Of a stretch of 64,000 bases of DNA, positions 39,301 to 51,984 are shown in pieces (position 1 is the stretch's first letter; each line of letters starts with the position of its first letter). The notes below the pieces were generated by a model. The model did no database searches, was not told the DNA's origin, and saw only the letters and a program-made list of their open reading frames with translations. The stretch is from Polyangiales bacterium (GTDB taxonomy: Bacteria; Myxococcota_A; Polyangia; Polyangiales; Polyangiaceae). The position numbers and the translations under genes are program-made. Location of the stretch: assembly GCA_038230375.1 (NCBI GenBank), contig JBBRNJ010000003.1:32001-96000 (forward strand). Reading direction: 5' to 3'.

Positions 39301-41016
39301 GAGCTCGCGGGTCTGCTCACCGCGCAGCGCGTGCTCGTGGTCCGCATCGGCGGCAAGGATCGACTGATCGCCGTGGAGGACGCGGGCCGCTACAGGGATG
39401 CGCTGGGCGTCGTACTTCCGCGCGGGCTGCCGGACGTGTTCACCGAGAAGACGAAGGACGCGTTGCTCTCGCTCGTGCAGCGGCATGCGCGCACGCACGG
39501 TCCGTTCATCGCAAAGGACGTGGCGACGCGCTTCGGCATTGGCGTTGCCAGCGTGGAGGTCGCGCTGGCGGAGCTCGTGCGCAAGGGTCAGCTCGTCACG
39601 GGGACGTTCCTCTCGGGTTCGCGCGAGGGTGCGACGGAGTACGTGAGCCAGGACGTGCTCACCGCCATCAAGCAGAAGACGCTGGCCAAGCTGCGGAAGG
39701 CGATCGAGCCCGTCGACGGCGCAACGTTCGCGCGGTTCCTCTTCGACTGGCAGGGCCTGTCCCGAGGTCGCAACACCACACGTGGCAACGATGCGCTGGT
39801 GAAGGCGCTCTCGCAGCTCGAGGGCTGTCCCATCCCGGTGTCCGTGCTGGAGAAGGAGGTGCTCCCCGCGCGCGTCCCAGGCTACCAGCCGGCCATGCTC
39901 GACCAGATGCTCGCGAGCGGTGAGATCGTGTGGGCGGGCATCGAGCCCATCGGCCAGAAGGACGGACGCGTGGCGCTCTACTTCGCCGAGCGCGAGCCGC
40001 TGCTGTCGCGCGACGTCCCCGCGGATGCGCCGAAGGGTCCGCTGCACGAGCGCCTGCGTGAGGTCTTCGAGCGACGCGGAGCCGTATTTTTCAGCGAGAT
40101 CGCGCGCACGCTCGGCGGCTACCCGGACGAGGCGCTGGAGGCGCTCTGGGATCTGGTGTGGTCGGGCGAGGTCACGAACGACAGCTTCGAGCCTCTGCGG
40201 TTCCTCTCCTCGCGCGACGAGAAGCGTCCCCGCCCGGGGCATCCGGTCTTTCGTGCGCCGCGCGGAGGCGAGGGGCGCTGGTCGCTCAGGCGTTCGCGCT
40301 GGGCCGCACAGCCAACGGAGACGGAGCGCGCTTCGGCCATCGCGCGCTCGCTGCTCGAGCGCTACGGCGTGGTCCTGCGCGAGGCGCCCGCAGCAGAGGG
40401 ACTCGTGGGCGGCTTCGCGAACGTCTACGACGTGTACCGCGCGATGGAGGATCAAGCCCGTGTGCGTCGCGGCTACTTCGTTGCGGGGCGCGGCGCAACG
40501 CAGTTCGCGCTGCCAGGTGCGGAGGAGCGGCTGCGTTCGCGGGGCCGCGGTCTGCTGGCAGGTGACGAAGACGGTCTGGACAAGGGCCGCGTGCTCGCCA
40601 CCACGGATCCCGCGAACCCATACGGCGCGCTGCTTCCCTGGCCCGGACCTGCGGGCCGAGCGGTGCAACGCGCACCGGGCACGCGCGTGGTGCTGTCGGA
40701 TGGAGAGCTCCTTGGCTGGCTCGGACGCGGTGGAAAGAACCTGGTCACGTTCTTCGGCGCAGACGACATTGACTTCGCGACGAAGGCGCAGTCGCTCGCG
40801 GACCTGCTCTCCGCGCACGCGCAGCGAAGATGGAAGAGCGCGATCCTTGTGACCATCGACGGCGCGCCGGCACCCGAGAGCCCGCTCGCGAAGGTGCTCG
40901 CCAGTCGCGGATTCGTCTCCCGCCAGGGGCAGCTGGTGCGCATGGTTCGAAGTCAGGACGCGCCCTCCTCCCTCGTGTCCACGCTCCGGCAAGAGATCGC
41001 TGGAAGCGACAGCTGA
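36334..41016 (+). CDS. lhr: Lhr-family ATP-dependent helicase, full length with C-terminal domain
   Basis: PTGSGKT, YISPLKAL, RTGDT, TTPES, DEIH, LSAT, HHGS, LELGID, QRIGR, ELDEEM and TDPANPYG motifs. Confidence 0.95.
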   Translation: MGKTRQGKPVEKDVLASFHPAVGEWFTGALGVPTPVQALAWPHIQRGESTLLLSPTGSGKTLAAFLAAVDRLGSSPRPADEPPRTRVLYISPLKALAVDVEKNLRAPLVGIAEVAHGGDSPFRKLTAQVRTGDTPALERAQMQRTPPDILITTPESLFLMLTSQQRALLTHVEVVIIDEIHQMVASKRGVHLFLSLERLCALMPERKLQRIGLSATQRPLDEIARLLGGFSRPFVQRPVAVVDASHKKALSITVEEVAPLPAEAPVGDHGDDDMLPLGGDDAPEEDSRSIWPAVHARLVERVRAARSTMIFTNSRRLSERLASALNETAGEEIALAHHGSIAKDVRRAIEERLKAGNLPAIVATSSLELGIDMGAVDQVIQVEAPPSVASGIQRIGRASHHVGGVPSGILVPKHKHDLLACAAAAAGIEAGDVETTRYPKNPLDVLAQQIVAIVAVGMAPPPEKRAKGRAGKKARNVRLGLEPAHAVDVEELWALVRRAAPFADLPRQSFDGLLDMLSGLYPSDEFYDLRPRITWDRTKNTLSPRAGAQRLAILNAGTIPDRGLYGVFLSDDSGSDGEVARGSSKQKPARRVGELDEEMVFELREGEVFLLGASSWRTDRITRDRVLVTPAAGMPGKMPFWHGDRAGRTAAFGERIGALTRRVAESTTKASQAFLRSDHHLDARAADTLTTYVHDQKRATGAVPSDRTIIVERVPDELGDLRICILSPWGSRVHAPWAMAVLARLREARAGDIEGVWSDDGIVFRVPGGEAPPDTELLFPRPGEIEEIVTRELAQSSLFAARFRESAARALLLPRQTMGKRTPLWAQRKRAADLLSVAMQYPSFPIVLETYREVLSDAFDLPALTAVLAAVESRKIKVTAKDSDIASPFAASLLFSFVGNFIYDEDAPAAERRAHALTIDHAQLRELLGESELRKLLDPDAVNDHEHMLQRREYPLKHGDGVCDLLRWLGDLPKDELLARALDRKGLEKELAGLLTAQRVLVVRIGGKDRLIAVEDAGRYRDALGVVLPRGLPDVFTEKTKDALLSLVQRHARTHGPFIAKDVATRFGIGVASVEVALAELVRKGQLVTGTFLSGSREGATEYVSQDVLTAIKQKTLAKLRKAIEPVDGATFARFLFDWQGLSRGRNTTRGNDALVKALSQLEGCPIPVSVLEKEVLPARVPGYQPAMLDQMLASGEIVWAGIEPIGQKDGRVALYFAEREPLLSRDVPADAPKGPLHERLREVFERRGAVFFSEIARTLGGYPDEALEALWDLVWSGEVTNDSFEPLRFLSSRDEKRPRPGHPVFRAPRGGEGRWSLRRSRWAAQPTETERASAIARSLLERYGVVLREAPAAEGLVGGFANVYDVYRAMEDQARVRRGYFVAGRGATQFALPGAEERLRSRGRGLLAGDEDGLDKGRVLATTDPANPYGALLPWPGPAGRAVQRAPGTRVVLSDGELLGWLGRGGKNLVTFFGADDIDFATKAQSLADLLSAHAQRRWKSAILVTIDGAPAPESPLAKVLASRGFVSRQGQLVRMVRSQDAPSSLVSTLRQEIAGSDS

Positions 41017-41094
41017 CCGCTCTTCGATTCAGAGCACGCCGGCCAACATTCTTCTGCGGTTCACTTCGGAGCTCGAGCGGTGTACGAGTCGGCC

Positions 41095-41958
41095 ATGCCC
41101 GAGGGCGACACGATCTTCCGGCTCGCGGAGAAGGTGCGCGGCGCCGTGCTCGGGAAGGCCGTCACTGCGTTCTCCACGCACGCCATTCCGGATGACGTGG
41201 CGCGTACCGTGGTGGGGCATGTCGTGGTGGAGGTGGTGTCGCGCGGCAAGAACCTTCTCGTTCGTTTCGACGACGGACGCACGCTGCACATCCATCTGCG
41301 CATGCTTGGCCGTGTCGTGGTCCGACGAGGCAACGTCGTCGCGATGACGGCGCGCCCACCGCAGCTCGTCCTGGATGTCCCCGGCGCGAGCATTCGCGGC
41401 AGCCGCATCCCCGTGCTCCGCCTGCTGCGGGCCGGGGCAGAGGCGCGTGCAGATGACCTTCGTTCGCTCGGGCCCGATCTCCTCTCGCCGGAGTTCGACG
41501 AAGAGGAGGCGCTGCGACGGTTGCGCGCGCTCGCGAAGCGACCCATCGGCGAGGCGGTGATGATGCAACGTGCAGTCGCAGGCATCGGCAACGTCTACAA
41601 GTCCGAGGTGCTATTTCTGGAGCGAATCGATCCTCGCGCGCCGGTCGCCACGCTCGACAAGAGCGCGCTGCGAGGGATCCTTCACCGCGCGCGCGCGCTG
41701 CTCGCAGCGAACGTGAAGGGCGGCCCGCGCATCACGCGCAACAGCCTCGCGGGGCCGCGCACCTGGGTCTACGCTCGCGCACGGAAGGCGTGCTTCGTCT
41801 GTCATGGGCCGATCGCGATGGTGCAGCAAGGCACGCCACCTGGGCGAACGACCTACTTCTGTCCGCGCTGCCAGGACGCGACGCGCGCGAACGCGACATC
41901 CGCCGCTCGGCTCACGCCTCCTCAGCGACGGACACGCGCAGCGTCCCGAGATCCGTGA
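41095..41958 (+). CDS. nei: Fpg/Nei family DNA glycosylase
   Basis: N-terminal MPEGDT, RGKNL, HLRM.G, H2TH motif AGIGNVYKSE and zinc finger CFVC...CPRCQ. Confidence 0.92.
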   Translation: MPEGDTIFRLAEKVRGAVLGKAVTAFSTHAIPDDVARTVVGHVVVEVVSRGKNLLVRFDDGRTLHIHLRMLGRVVVRRGNVVAMTARPPQLVLDVPGASIRGSRIPVLRLLRAGAEARADDLRSLGPDLLSPEFDEEEALRRLRALAKRPIGEAVMMQRAVAGIGNVYKSEVLFLERIDPRAPVATLDKSALRGILHRARALLAANVKGGPRITRNSLAGPRTWVYARARKACFVCHGPIAMVQQGTPPGRTTYFCPRCQDATRANATSAARLTPPQRRTRAASRDP

Positions 41959-42676
41959 CCTCCACCTCGACCGCGTCACCAGACACGATCGGGCCCACGC
42001 CCTCGGGCGAGCCGCTGAGGAACAGGTCGCCCGCATCGATGGTCATCGACTGGCTCACGTGCGCGATGAAGGTGGGGATGTCGAAGATCATGTCCGTGGT
42101 GCGCCCGTTCTGCTTCACGACGGCGTTCACGCGGCAGATGACCGACGCCGCGGCAACGTCGAGCTCCGTCTCGATGAACGGGCCCACTGGACAGAACGTG
42201 TCGGAGCCCTTCGCGCGCCACCACTGCCCGTCGCCCTTCTGCCAGTCACGCGCCGACACGTCGAGCGCGCACGTGTAGCCGAAGATGGCTGCCTGCGCCT
42301 CGTCGCGGCTCGCCTTCTTCAGCGTCTTGCCGATGACGATCGCGAGCTCACCTTCGTGCTCCACGCGGGTAGCGCCCTTCGGCAGGATGACCTTGTCACC
42401 GGGCCCCACCAGGGAGCTCGACGGCTTCAGGAAGATCATGGGCTCCTTCGGCAGCTCGTTGCCCATCTCCTTTGCATGCGCCGCATAGTTGCGACCGACG
42501 CAGAGGATCTTGCGAGGAGACACGGGGCACCCCAGGTCCGCCTCGGAGAAATCGTGCACCTTTGCCGTTTCCTTCCCGCCTAGCCACGGCGGAGCGCCGT
42601 ACACGATTGCCTTGTCACCATCGAAGCGGCAGAAGAGTCGGCCCATGTTCCGGTCGATGATGATCCCGAATCGCAT
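41912..42676 (-). CDS. Fumarylacetoacetate hydrolase family protein
   Basis: CVGRNYAAH, FLKP, HEGEL, DVSARD, K..DTFCP and GSPEG motifs. Confidence 0.93.
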   Translation of the reverse strand: MRFGIIIDRNMGRLFCRFDGDKAIVYGAPPWLGGKETAKVHDFSEADLGCPVSPRKILCVGRNYAAHAKEMGNELPKEPMIFLKPSSSLVGPGDKVILPKGATRVEHEGELAIVIGKTLKKASRDEAQAAIFGYTCALDVSARDWQKGDGQWWRAKGSDTFCPVGPFIETELDVAAASVICRVNAVVKQNGRTTDMIFDIPTFIAHVSQSMTIDAGDLFLSGSPEGVGPIVSGDAVEVEVTDLGTLRVSVAEEA

Positions 42677-42686
42677 GGGCTCATCC

Positions 42687-42794
42687 TAGGTCGAGGTCGG
42701 GGTCGAGGTCGAGGTCGAGGTCGAGGTCGAGGTCGAGGTCGAGGTCGAGGTCGAAGTCGAGGTCGAGGTCGAGGTCGAGGTCCGGGTCGGGGTC
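42687..42794. repeat. Hexamer tandem array 6 (GAGGTC)n
   Basis: Directly visible. Abuts the stop at 42793-42795, with CTAG at 42686-42689. Confidence 0.95.
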
Positions 42795-43575
42795 AGAAGA
42801 GCGGGAGCTTCGGGGAGAAGTTCACGATCGCGCCGTAGCGATCTCCGCCCGCAAGGAACCCCGTGAGCGCGCTGACGCCGACATCCAGCCACGACGTTGT
42901 GCTCCACACCAGTCCGGCCGTGCTGGCGAGTTGCGCCCTCTCCCCCGTCACGAAGAAGACGCCACCAAGATCGGCCGCGAGCGCGAATCGTCCCCGGGCG
43001 TCGAGATCGAACGATGCGTCGACACCGGTGAGCACCGCCACGGGTCGTCCTTGCGACACCGCCGCGCCGGAATCCACGAGCCCGCCCAGGTTCAACACCA
43101 GGTGCATCGGGCCCACGCCCCTGCCGAGCAGCGCCAGCGCCTCGAAGCCAGTGCCGCGCGCATCGGGCGCAACGGGGACGCGCGGACCCAGCTGTGCGCC
43201 GAACGCCCAGACCGTCTTGCGGGCCGCATTGCGCGCCTCCCACAGGCCGACCTTCGTCGAAATCCAGAGGTTGTCCGGCGCGCGATGGTCGAGCGCATAG
43301 AGCCGCTGCGGAGTCCCCTCGATGGCCCATGCGCCGTCCACGCCAACCTCTACGTTCGGCGCGAGCCCCACGTCCACGTCGAAGTCCGGGACGAGCCATC
43401 GCCCGCCCTTCTCGCCCCTCACCACGCCGAACGCGAGGTCCGCGTGCACCACTCCGGGCTCCTCCAGCTTCAGGTCCTCGGGGTCGAAGCGGCGCCGGAC
43501 GGTCTGCGCGCGCGACTCCGACACGACGAGCAGACTCCCGAGCACGAGCACGCCTCTGACGAGCTCGTGCCTCAC
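42793..43575 (-). CDS. Putative outer-membrane beta-barrel protein
   Basis: GTG start overlapping the upstream TGA, signal peptide, amphipathic strands and C-terminal Phe. Confidence 0.6.
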   Translation of the reverse strand: MRHELVRGVLVLGSLLVVSESRAQTVRRRFDPEDLKLEEPGVVHADLAFGVVRGEKGGRWLVPDFDVDVGLAPNVEVGVDGAWAIEGTPQRLYALDHRAPDNLWISTKVGLWEARNAARKTVWAFGAQLGPRVPVAPDARGTGFEALALLGRGVGPMHLVLNLGGLVDSGAAVSQGRPVAVLTGVDASFDLDARGRFALAADLGGVFFVTGERAQLASTAGLVWSTTSWLDVGVSALTGFLAGGDRYGAIVNFSPKLPLF

Positions 43576-44831
43576 GTCCGCCCGCGCGTGCGCAGGTACG
43601 CTCGCTGTCCGAAGCCGCAGTCGAAGGCCTTCGGCTTGGTGAGGATCCACAGCGTCGGCACTGCGGGCGGCTCCTCGGGCGTGGGTCCGTCTCCGTCCGT
43701 GAAGTACACGACGCCGTCCACGTCGTGCGTGCCGAGCAGCGCCGGATCGAACACGGGGCGCAGATCGGTTCCGCCGCGTCCGAACACGGCATCGATCCTC
43801 CCCGCGAACGGGTACACGCGCGCCACCTCGGTATCGCACTCCGCCACGATCACCTGCGCGCGCTCGGACAGCACCACGAGCTGCCGCGCGATCTCCTCGA
43901 GCTCTGGGCGAGTCATGCTCAGCGACGTGTCGATCGCGACGAGCAGCCGCGGATTCTCGCTCTTTCGCAGCGCCCAGCTCCGCCCCGGCACCTCGAAGAT
44001 GCGCTGCGGGAACCGGCGGCTCGGGCGGGTCCAGGTGTGAACGGGCGCGCGCGCACGCGCCGCGAACATCGCAAGCGCCTCACGGAAATCGAGCGGCTCC
44101 TCTGGCGCGAGCGTGGTCTCGAACAGCTCCTCCAGGATGCGCCCTGGCTCACGCCCGCAGACCTTGTACCGCGACGTGTCCTCTGCGTGCTCCGGCTCCT
44201 CCTTCTGCGCTCGCGCCTTCTTTCCGGTGCCTGGAGCGTGCGTGCGCTTTGGCTTTGCGTCATCGACGGCCCGCTCCACCAGCATCGCCGTCTGCACCAG
44301 CGCGCCAGGCGTGTTCGCTGCGCGCGTGAGCATCTTGTGGTCGTCCACGGTGCCGGTGCCTTGCTCTCCGGGCGTGGGTCGCGGGCGCGTGCCGGTCTTC
44401 TGGAAATGCGCGAGCAGGAGCTCGTAGCGGTCCATCGTGCTCTGGCCCTTGCGGATGCCGACGGGCGCGTACGCACGGATGGTGACGGCGGGTGGGAGCG
44501 GCTCCTCGATGTGCTCGTTCGCTGACATCTCGATCGCCAGGTCCATCAGCTCCGGCTCCTCGCATGCCGCGAACTTTGGATGGGTGAGATGTCCGAGCAC
44601 CACGTGATGCACCTCGTGCAGGAGCACGCCCTTAACGAACTGCGGTTCGCGCGCGAACGACTCCACGTTCACGTGCAGATAGAAGTGTGCATCATGCAAC
44701 GAAACCGCCATGCGCCCAACGGAGGGATCGGCGACGGGGCGCATGCGCGCCAGGATCGCCGCGTAGTAGGGGTATTTCTCGAGGAACCCCGAGCTCACGA
44801 AGAACTCGGACAGCCATGCGTCGATGCTCAC
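43572..44831 (-). CDS. DUF2201-type putative metallopeptidase with vWA domain
   Basis: HEVHH zincin motif, RPSRR, MIDAS DTSLS, GGTD and FTDG. Confidence 0.88.
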   Translation of the reverse strand: MSIDAWLSEFFVSSGFLEKYPYYAAILARMRPVADPSVGRMAVSLHDAHFYLHVNVESFAREPQFVKGVLLHEVHHVVLGHLTHPKFAACEEPELMDLAIEMSANEHIEEPLPPAVTIRAYAPVGIRKGQSTMDRYELLLAHFQKTGTRPRPTPGEQGTGTVDDHKMLTRAANTPGALVQTAMLVERAVDDAKPKRTHAPGTGKKARAQKEEPEHAEDTSRYKVCGREPGRILEELFETTLAPEEPLDFREALAMFAARARAPVHTWTRPSRRFPQRIFEVPGRSWALRKSENPRLLVAIDTSLSMTRPELEEIARQLVVLSERAQVIVAECDTEVARVYPFAGRIDAVFGRGGTDLRPVFDPALLGTHDVDGVVYFTDGDGPTPEEPPAVPTLWILTKPKAFDCGFGQRAYLRTRGRT

Positions 44832-44849
44832 GCGGTGGCCCTCACGCTC

Positions 44850-48392
<3,543 letters not shown>

Positions 48393-48449
48393 GAGGCGAT
48401 GCTACGTCTCCGCGCGCGCTTGCGAAACCCCAACTGCGAGGCCAGAAAC

Positions 48450-49775
48450 CTATGGACGAACCGGCGTGATGCCGACACGACGCAGCACGGTCGCCAGGCG
48501 AACGGCGTCTTTCTCCGGCAGATCGACCAGCACGTGGCCAAGGCACGTGCGGGCGACGTTGCTGCGCTTCAGATCTGCGAGCCGCGAAGGTGACTCGATG
48601 AACGCACACAACGCCGTGACCGCCAGCGAGATGCGGTGGCGCTTCACCGGCTCACCCCGGAGCGCAGCGAGCTTCTTCTGCGCCGCGCTGCCGCTGTAGC
48701 CGCCGAGCAACTCCGTCGGATCGATGTCGACGAGGCTCGCGAGCGTGGCGTTCTCGCCCAGCGCGTCCGAAAGCTTCTCGCGGTGGTCGCCGGGGAGGTC
48801 GGCGATGAACGCCTCGAACGACGCGAGCGTGAGGTTCTTCTGCGCTGCGAGCACGCCCGCCTCCGGTCCGGCGAGCAACGGCGCGAGCCGCGTGACGATC
48901 TCGTCGATGCGATCCGTCTGCCCCTGCTCCTTGTAGCCGCGGACCTCCTTCGCCAGGTCGGACCCTGCGGTGTACGAAGAGAGGAGCGCGCGCACATCCA
49001 GCCCGATCTTGCCGCCCCACGAGCCCTGCGAGGCGAGCAGAGTCTCCACCCACGCGGCGGGCAGATAACCACCCAGCGCGTCGCGCAGCAGCGTGCCGTC
49101 CGTGAGCTCCTCCTTCGTGAACGCGGAGAGCAGCTGCGACGCATATGTCCACGTCCGCGGCGGCACGTCGTCGAGCATGCGCTCGTGCGTCTGCGCCATG
49201 GCAAGGATGCCAGGATGCAGGCTCTGCATCGTGGCCCATGCGAGCCACGAGGCACGGTCCGCACGCACGTTCACCTCCAGGAAGCGCGCGCGCAGCGCCT
49301 TGTCCAGCGCGGTCACGTGGTACTCCGCCGTCTGCGGGTTCACGGTGGCGATGCACATCCAGCCCTCGGGCAGCTCGTACTCGTGAAGGCGGCGCGCGGA
49401 GAGCAGCTGCAGCGCGGGCTGCTGGATGTAGCGCTCTGCGCGGTTCAGCTCCTCGAGCAAGAGGATGCCATTGCCCTCGCGCGGCAAGATGGAAGGCAGC
49501 GCGTACTGCGTGCGGCCATCCACGACGACAGGCAGACCGACGAGATCAGGCGGCTCGAGCAGCGACAGATCGAGCACCGTGACATCGACGCCGAGCGTGC
49601 CCGCGACGCGACGGATGATCTCGCTCTTGCCCACGCCGGTGGGGCCCGAGAGCAGCACCGGCCTGCGCGCGCGGTACGCGACCTCCACGATGCGCTCGAG
49701 CCTGGGCCCGATCGGCACGGCGAGCGGCCTGAGCGAATCCGTGGAGCCGGTCTTTGCGGTCGATGATGTCGCCAC
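48450..49775 (-). CDS. MoxR-like AAA+ ATPase
   Basis: Walker A GPTGVGKS, DLVGLP, LEELNRA, DKALRARF and PRTW. Start uncertain. Confidence 0.88.
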   Translation of the reverse strand: MATSSTAKTGSTDSLRPLAVPIGPRLERIVEVAYRARRPVLLSGPTGVGKSEIIRRVAGTLGVDVTVLDLSLLEPPDLVGLPVVVDGRTQYALPSILPREGNGILLLEELNRAERYIQQPALQLLSARRLHEYELPEGWMCIATVNPQTAEYHVTALDKALRARFLEVNVRADRASWLAWATMQSLHPGILAMAQTHERMLDDVPPRTWTYASQLLSAFTKEELTDGTLLRDALGGYLPAAWVETLLASQGSWGGKIGLDVRALLSSYTAGSDLAKEVRGYKEQGQTDRIDEIVTRLAPLLAGPEAGVLAAQKNLTLASFEAFIADLPGDHREKLSDALGENATLASLVDIDPTELLGGYSGSAAQKKLAALRGEPVKRHRISLAVTALCAFIESPSRLADLKRSNVARTCLGHVLVDLPEKDAVRLATVLRRVGITPVRP

Positions 49776-49962
49776 GCGACGATGAGTAGCACGCACCCAC
49801 GCCGCGCGCTCTACCCCCGGCGCCCACGCCCCACCCGCGTTCCCACGTGTCGCATATGGACGCTGACCTTCCCAGGGCACGTCACAGGTTTGTTCCTTTG
49901 GTTTGTTGTTTTCCCATACCGTTCAGCACTGGGTTTCAGCATCCAGCTTTTGGAGGTTCTTC

Positions 49963-51051
49963 ATGAAGAGCATTGTTGTCGCTTCGGTCACTGCGTCCCT
50001 GGTCGCGTTTGCGGTGGTCGCCTGTAGCTCCGGCTCATCCGGTGGTGGCGGCAGCGGCGGCGCAGGCGGAGCATGTGGCGCCTACTTCGACAGCTACGCT
50101 GCCTACACAAAGCAGTGCGGCGCGGTGAACTTCATCAACAGCCGTGACCGCTGGCTCACCTACTGCCAGCTGCTCGTCAACGCCCCTGGCGCGTCCGGTG
50201 CGGACGGCGCGATCAACCAGTGCGCGCAGGACGTCAGCGCCGCGACCTCCACGTGCTCCCCCGCCTCGAAGTCGACGGCCTGCTCCACCTTCATGGGCTC
50301 CCTCACCGCCGGCGCTGCGTGCGGCGCGAGTGTGCAGTGCGCATCGAGCTACTGCAAGGTGCCCTCCGTTCAGTCCTCCGGGACCACCGCTACCGCGTGC
50401 GGTGTCTGTGCGGACAAGATCGCCATCGGTCAGCCCTGCAACCAGGAAATGGGCGACACCTGCGTGAAGGGGGCCATCTGTTCGCAGGCCAGCAGTGGCA
50501 CTGGGTCAGGTACCTGCAAGGCACAGATCGTGAACGACGTCGGCGGCGCATGCCTCGGTACCGACAACGCCACCTGCAAGGACGACCTTCGCTGCGACTA
50601 CACCACGAAGAAGTGCACGGCCCTCGTGGCCGCCGGCGGCACCTGCAAGTCTGACCCCGATTGCGCTACCACGCTCGTCTGTGGCAGCAACCTCACGTGC
50701 GCGCAGCCAATGGCAGAAGGCGCGGCGTGCACGGTCCCGGTGGACGGCTTCGCTCCCACCGGCTGCGCGCGAAACGCCACGTGCAGCTCTACGACCAAGA
50801 CATGCACGAGCTCCACACTGGTGGATGCTGGCGGCGTATGTGACTACGCAACCAAACACTACTGCAGGGTCGGCAGCTGCAACACCAGCGTCGGCGACGC
50901 CGGCAGCTCGGGACCCCCGACCGGTATCTGCCCCACCATCATCGCGGACGGCCAGGCGTGCAACGCCACAGCCAAGGACACCACGTGCGACGCGTATGCT
51001 GACTGCATCGGCGGCAAGTGCACCCTCTTCGACCCCAGCTCCTGCAAGTAG
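49963..51051 (+). CDS. Cys-rich lipoprotein
   Basis: GGAGG SD, lipobox VVAC and repeated G..C...C..C modules. Confidence 0.82.
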   Translation: MKSIVVASVTASLVAFAVVACSSGSSGGGGSGGAGGACGAYFDSYAAYTKQCGAVNFINSRDRWLTYCQLLVNAPGASGADGAINQCAQDVSAATSTCSPASKSTACSTFMGSLTAGAACGASVQCASSYCKVPSVQSSGTTATACGVCADKIAIGQPCNQEMGDTCVKGAICSQASSGTGSGTCKAQIVNDVGGACLGTDNATCKDDLRCDYTTKKCTALVAAGGTCKSDPDCATTLVCGSNLTCAQPMAEGAACTVPVDGFAPTGCARNATCSSTTKTCTSSTLVDAGGVCDYATKHYCRVGSCNTSVGDAGSSGPPTGICPTIIADGQACNATAKDTTCDAYADCIGGKCTLFDPSSCK

Positions 51052-51224
51052 TCAGCTTCGCCGCCTACGAGTGAACACGTGACAGTCCTGCCCGGTGTCG
51101 ACGGAGGCACCGAAAGCCGGCGGACTGATCGTATGAGACTTCGCGGCCTGTTGCGGACCAGGTCGCGCGCTGGGCCGATGGGGGTCGCTCAGGTGGTCGC
51201 TGTCAACCCGGCGAAACCCGGCCT

Positions 51225-51275
51225 TGGTAAGAAATGAAAGTCCGTTTCAAAATGTACACCTCTAGTTTCAAACGC
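51225..51275 (+). repeat. 51-bp dispersed direct repeat, copy A
   Basis: TGGTAAGAAATGAAAGTCCGTTTCAAAAT-N11-GTTTCAAACGC. Matches 56034-56084. Confidence 0.9.
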
Positions 51276-51288
51276 TCCCGCGCGCGCC

Positions 51289-51684
51289 TCACGGCGCGAT
51301 GAGCGCGAGCGCCGGGAAGTACGTTCGATACCGGGCAGCGTCGCGTGTGAGCAGCGACATGCCGGCGACCGCCGCGTGCGCGCCCACGTAGAAGTCCGGC
51401 ATCGGCGATCGCTTGGCGCCGCCACGCTTCTTGTATGCAAGGTAGGCTTTGCCCGCGAGAAATCCGGCTTCGTATGGGAGCGGCTCGCGGACGAAGTCGA
51501 CCAGCGCTGCATCAGCGTCTTCGATGCGCGCAAACTTCAAGGTGACCTCCGCGAAGATGATCGGGTTGATGGCAAGCGTCGAGTGCTCCGCGGCGTGCCG
51601 CAGCGCGCGCTCCGACCAGACCCGCCAGGTTGGATCACCGGTGATGACATCGAGCAGAACGTTCGTGTCGACGAGCGTCTTCAC
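51289..51684 (-). CDS. vapC: PIN-domain toxin
   Basis: LVDTNVLLD, AE, PDFYVGAHA and LLTRD. GTGA overlap with the antitoxin. Confidence 0.93.
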   Translation of the reverse strand: MKTLVDTNVLLDVITGDPTWRVWSERALRHAAEHSTLAINPIIFAEVTLKFARIEDADAALVDFVREPLPYEAGFLAGKAYLAYKKRGGAKRSPMPDFYVGAHAAVAGMSLLTRDAARYRTYFPALALIAP

Positions 51685-51920
51685 GGCTTGCCGCGCATCA
51701 GCGCCATGATCTCGTCGGTCGTGAGCTTGTTCGACGGGCGAGCGCTGCGGAGATGCCCGATCACACCGTCTCCGCGCGAGAGCTTGCCCTTCGTACGCGC
51801 CTTGCGGAGACGCGCCTCCCCGTCCACGACGTCAAAGGTGACCTCGGTGTTCGGGAGCAAGCCAAGCTCGTCCCGGATCTCTTGCGGGATCGTGACCTGA
51901 CCCTTCGTGGTGATGCGCAT
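51681..51920 (-). CDS. vapB: AbrB/MazE-type antitoxin
   Basis: ITTKGQVTIPQEIRDELG; 79 aa; upstream of the PIN gene. Confidence 0.92.
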   Translation of the reverse strand: MRITTKGQVTIPQEIRDELGLLPNTEVTFDVVDGEARLRKARTKGKLSRGDGVIGHLRSARPSNKLTTDEIMALMRGKP

Positions 51921-51924
51921 GGAT

Positions 51925-51950
51925 AAGTATTACCACGCGCAGTAATACTT
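51925..51950. promoter_or_regulatory. vapBC operator AAGTATTAC-N8-GTAATACTT
   Basis: Perfect 9-bp inverted repeat 4 nt upstream of the antitoxin start. Confidence 0.8.
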
Positions 51951-51984
51951 GGCCATTGGCGCCGCGCGATCGAGCGGGTGAGCG

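Noticed and set aside
38173..40992. Long antisense or alternate-frame ORFs (also 16630-18840, 14427-15962, 60914-63283 and others)
   Set aside because: Shadow ORFs expected at high GC, overlapping well-supported genes, Arg/Ala-rich and without motifs.
51052..51224. Possible ribozyme or structured RNA (CTGAT...GAAA, short GC hairpins)
   Set aside because: The hammerhead core CUGANGA is not matched and I could not build consistent stems. An Rfam/Infernal search would settle it.
51244..51272. GTTTCAA boxes resembling the start of CRISPR repeats (also 56053-56081)
   Set aside because: Only two 8-nt boxes 21 bp apart per locus, no 30-40 nt spacers and no cas genes.
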